Assembly (NCBI GenBank): GCA_000175855.1
Contig: ACYB01000042.1
Span: 180,001-212,000 of the forward strand
DNA length: 32,000 bases
DNA from: Raphidiopsis brookii D9
Lineage (GTDB): Bacteria > Cyanobacteriota > Cyanobacteriia > Cyanobacteriales > Nostocaceae
Direction: 5' to 3'
Shown piece after piece: positions 30,735 to 32,000 of the stretch (the stretch's first letter is position 1; every line of letters starts with the position of its first letter). The translations under genes were made by a program, and so were the position numbers. Under the pieces are notes generated by a model, which was given only the letters and a program-made list of their open reading frames with translations, was not told the origin of the DNA and searched no databases.

Positions 30735-31916
30735 ATGTCTATCGTGTCTATCATGGCTAGTCTATTATCCACTCCCACCACTAGTTCTTTCTTGACATTA
30801 ACTGTTGCTCCAGCAAAGGTAATCCGAGGTGCTGGGGTTCTCAGATCATCTGCTATTTCAGAAATTTCTACCCTAGGGAATCGTCCCCTAATTGTGACAG
30901 GAAAACATACTCTCAATATTTATCAGGAGAGTTTACAGACCATCTTCCAAAGTGGGGATTTGGATGCTTTGGCTACTTCCTATAGCCCAGATTGCTGTGA
31001 AGTAAGTTTGAAAGCGTTACGGAAAGCAGTTAAAGAACATAAGGCAAATGTGATTATTGGTCTAGGTGGCGGGAAGTCCATAGACACAGCTAAACTATTA
31101 GGACATCAATTACAGTTACCAGTAGTAACAATTCCTACATCTGCTGCCACCTGTGCAGCATGGACAGCCTTATCTAATGTGTATTCTGCATCGGGGGCAT
31201 TTTTATATGATGTTCCCTTGTGTAGGTGTCCGGATTTGCTAATTTTAGATTATGATTTGATTAAAACAGCACCCCGGGAAACTCTGGTAGCTGGAATTGG
31301 AGATGGGATTGCCAAATGGTATGAAGCATCTGTTAGTAGTGGTAATATGCAGGATACACTAATTATTGCTGCAGTTCAACAAGCTAGAGTTTTACGCGAT
31401 ATACTATTACAAAAGTCCGCAGCAGCTTTAGACTCTCCTGGTAGTCAAATTTGGCAAGAGGTGGTAGATTGCAGTGTGATGTTAGCAGGTGTGATTGGTG
31501 GTTTAGGGGGAGCCCGCTGTCGTACAGTTGCTGCCCATGCAGTACATAATGGGTTAACTCACATTTGTGGACATGGTAGCATTCATGGAGAAAAGGTGGC
31601 ATACGGAATTTTAGTGCAATTGCGATTAGAAGAAATGCTTCAGGGCAATCAATTAGCGGAAACCGCTAGACAGCAGTTATTAAAATTCTATACAGAAATT
31701 GGACTGCCACAAAAATTGGCGGATTTGGGACTGGGAAATATTTCTTTGACTCAATTGCAAACAGCAGCAGAAATAGCCCTAGCTCCTAATTCTGATATCC
31801 ATCGGTTACCCTTTTCCCTATCCTCGGAACAGTTAATGGCGGCCATGATTTCTACTACCGCTCCGGTTCTAAGACAACGGGATTCATCATCGTTAACCAC
31901 CCAAACGACTAATTAA
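30735..31916 (+). CDS. Iron-containing alcohol/glycerol dehydrogenase family protein
   Basis: APAKVIRGAGVLR; VIIGLGGGKSIDTAKLLGHQLQLPVVTIPTSAATCAAWTALSNVY; AHAVHNGLTHICGHGSIHGEKVAYGILVQL. Confidence 0.85.
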   Translation: MSIVSIMASLLSTPTTSSFLTLTVAPAKVIRGAGVLRSSAISEISTLGNRPLIVTGKHTLNIYQESLQTIFQSGDLDALATSYSPDCCEVSLKALRKAVKEHKANVIIGLGGGKSIDTAKLLGHQLQLPVVTIPTSAATCAAWTALSNVYSASGAFLYDVPLCRCPDLLILDYDLIKTAPRETLVAGIGDGIAKWYEASVSSGNMQDTLIIAAVQQARVLRDILLQKSAAALDSPGSQIWQEVVDCSVMLAGVIGGLGGARCRTVAAHAVHNGLTHICGHGSIHGEKVAYGILVQLRLEEMLQGNQLAETARQQLLKFYTEIGLPQKLADLGLGNISLTQLQTAAEIALAPNSDIHRLPFSLSSEQLMAAMISTTAPVLRQRDSSSLTTQTTN

Positions 31917-32000
31917 CAATTGGCCATCATTAAAAGTGCTTACAAAAACGTTTACAAAGAGTGACGAATTATTTTGAGGTTGAAGAATGAGTTTAAGTTG

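Noticed and set aside
31940-31958. Two TTACAAA direct repeats 12 nt apart near the right edge
   Set aside because: Only two 7-nt AT-rich copies and the downstream gene is cut off, so there is not enough to claim a regulator site.
1-32000. CRISPR array or defence island
   Set aside because: No regularly spaced 25-40 nt direct repeats noticed, and no cas, restriction-modification, toxin-antitoxin pair or retron-like genes recognised.
31987-32000. Start of a further gene (ATGAGTTTAAGTTG)
   Set aside because: Only a few codons are visible, so no call can be supported.

Overview
This 32 kb window looks like a core chromosomal region of a filamentous, Nostocales-type cyanobacterium. A Raphidiopsis/Cylindrospermopsis-like origin is inferred from gene content and the HIP1 octamer, not proven. 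The left third is a nitrate assimilation operon on the minus strand: nirA-nrtA-nrtB-nrtC-nrtD-narB, with narB cut by the left edge. It is preceded by a very clean promoter: GTA-N8-TAC, exactly 22 nt, TAAATT, plus an upstream TGCA-N5-TGCA dyad. The rest holds housekeeping and conserved cyanobacterial genes: Rieske protein, ArsR regulator, CSP41b-like epimerase, gmd/fcl, 5-FTHF cyclo-ligase, tRNA-Pro(GGG), DUF1818, rpoZ, solute-binding protein, icd, GUN4, S8 peptidase, rpe, SRPBCC, crtQ, DUF6930-like, RHH protein, IscA-like, TPR, TIGR01777 epimerase, ComFB, YaaW-like, O-antigen ligase-like, ycf51 and an iron-containing dehydrogenase. Six genes (nrtC, nrtB, solute-binding protein, icd, crtQ, O-antigen-ligase-like) are each split by an apparent single-base indel at or next to a homopolymer. 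Because icd and crtQ are normally indispensable, this looks more like sequence or assembly error than real decay. Mobile DNA is limited to a decayed IS200/IS605-type tnpB relic and a possible orphan element-end hairpin. I found no CRISPR array, defence island or convincing new multi-gene system. The most useful leads are the nirA promoter architecture, the homopolymer frameshift pattern, the tnpB relic with its micro-duplication, a three-hairpin region 3' of icd, and an S8 peptidase with an atypical Asp motif.
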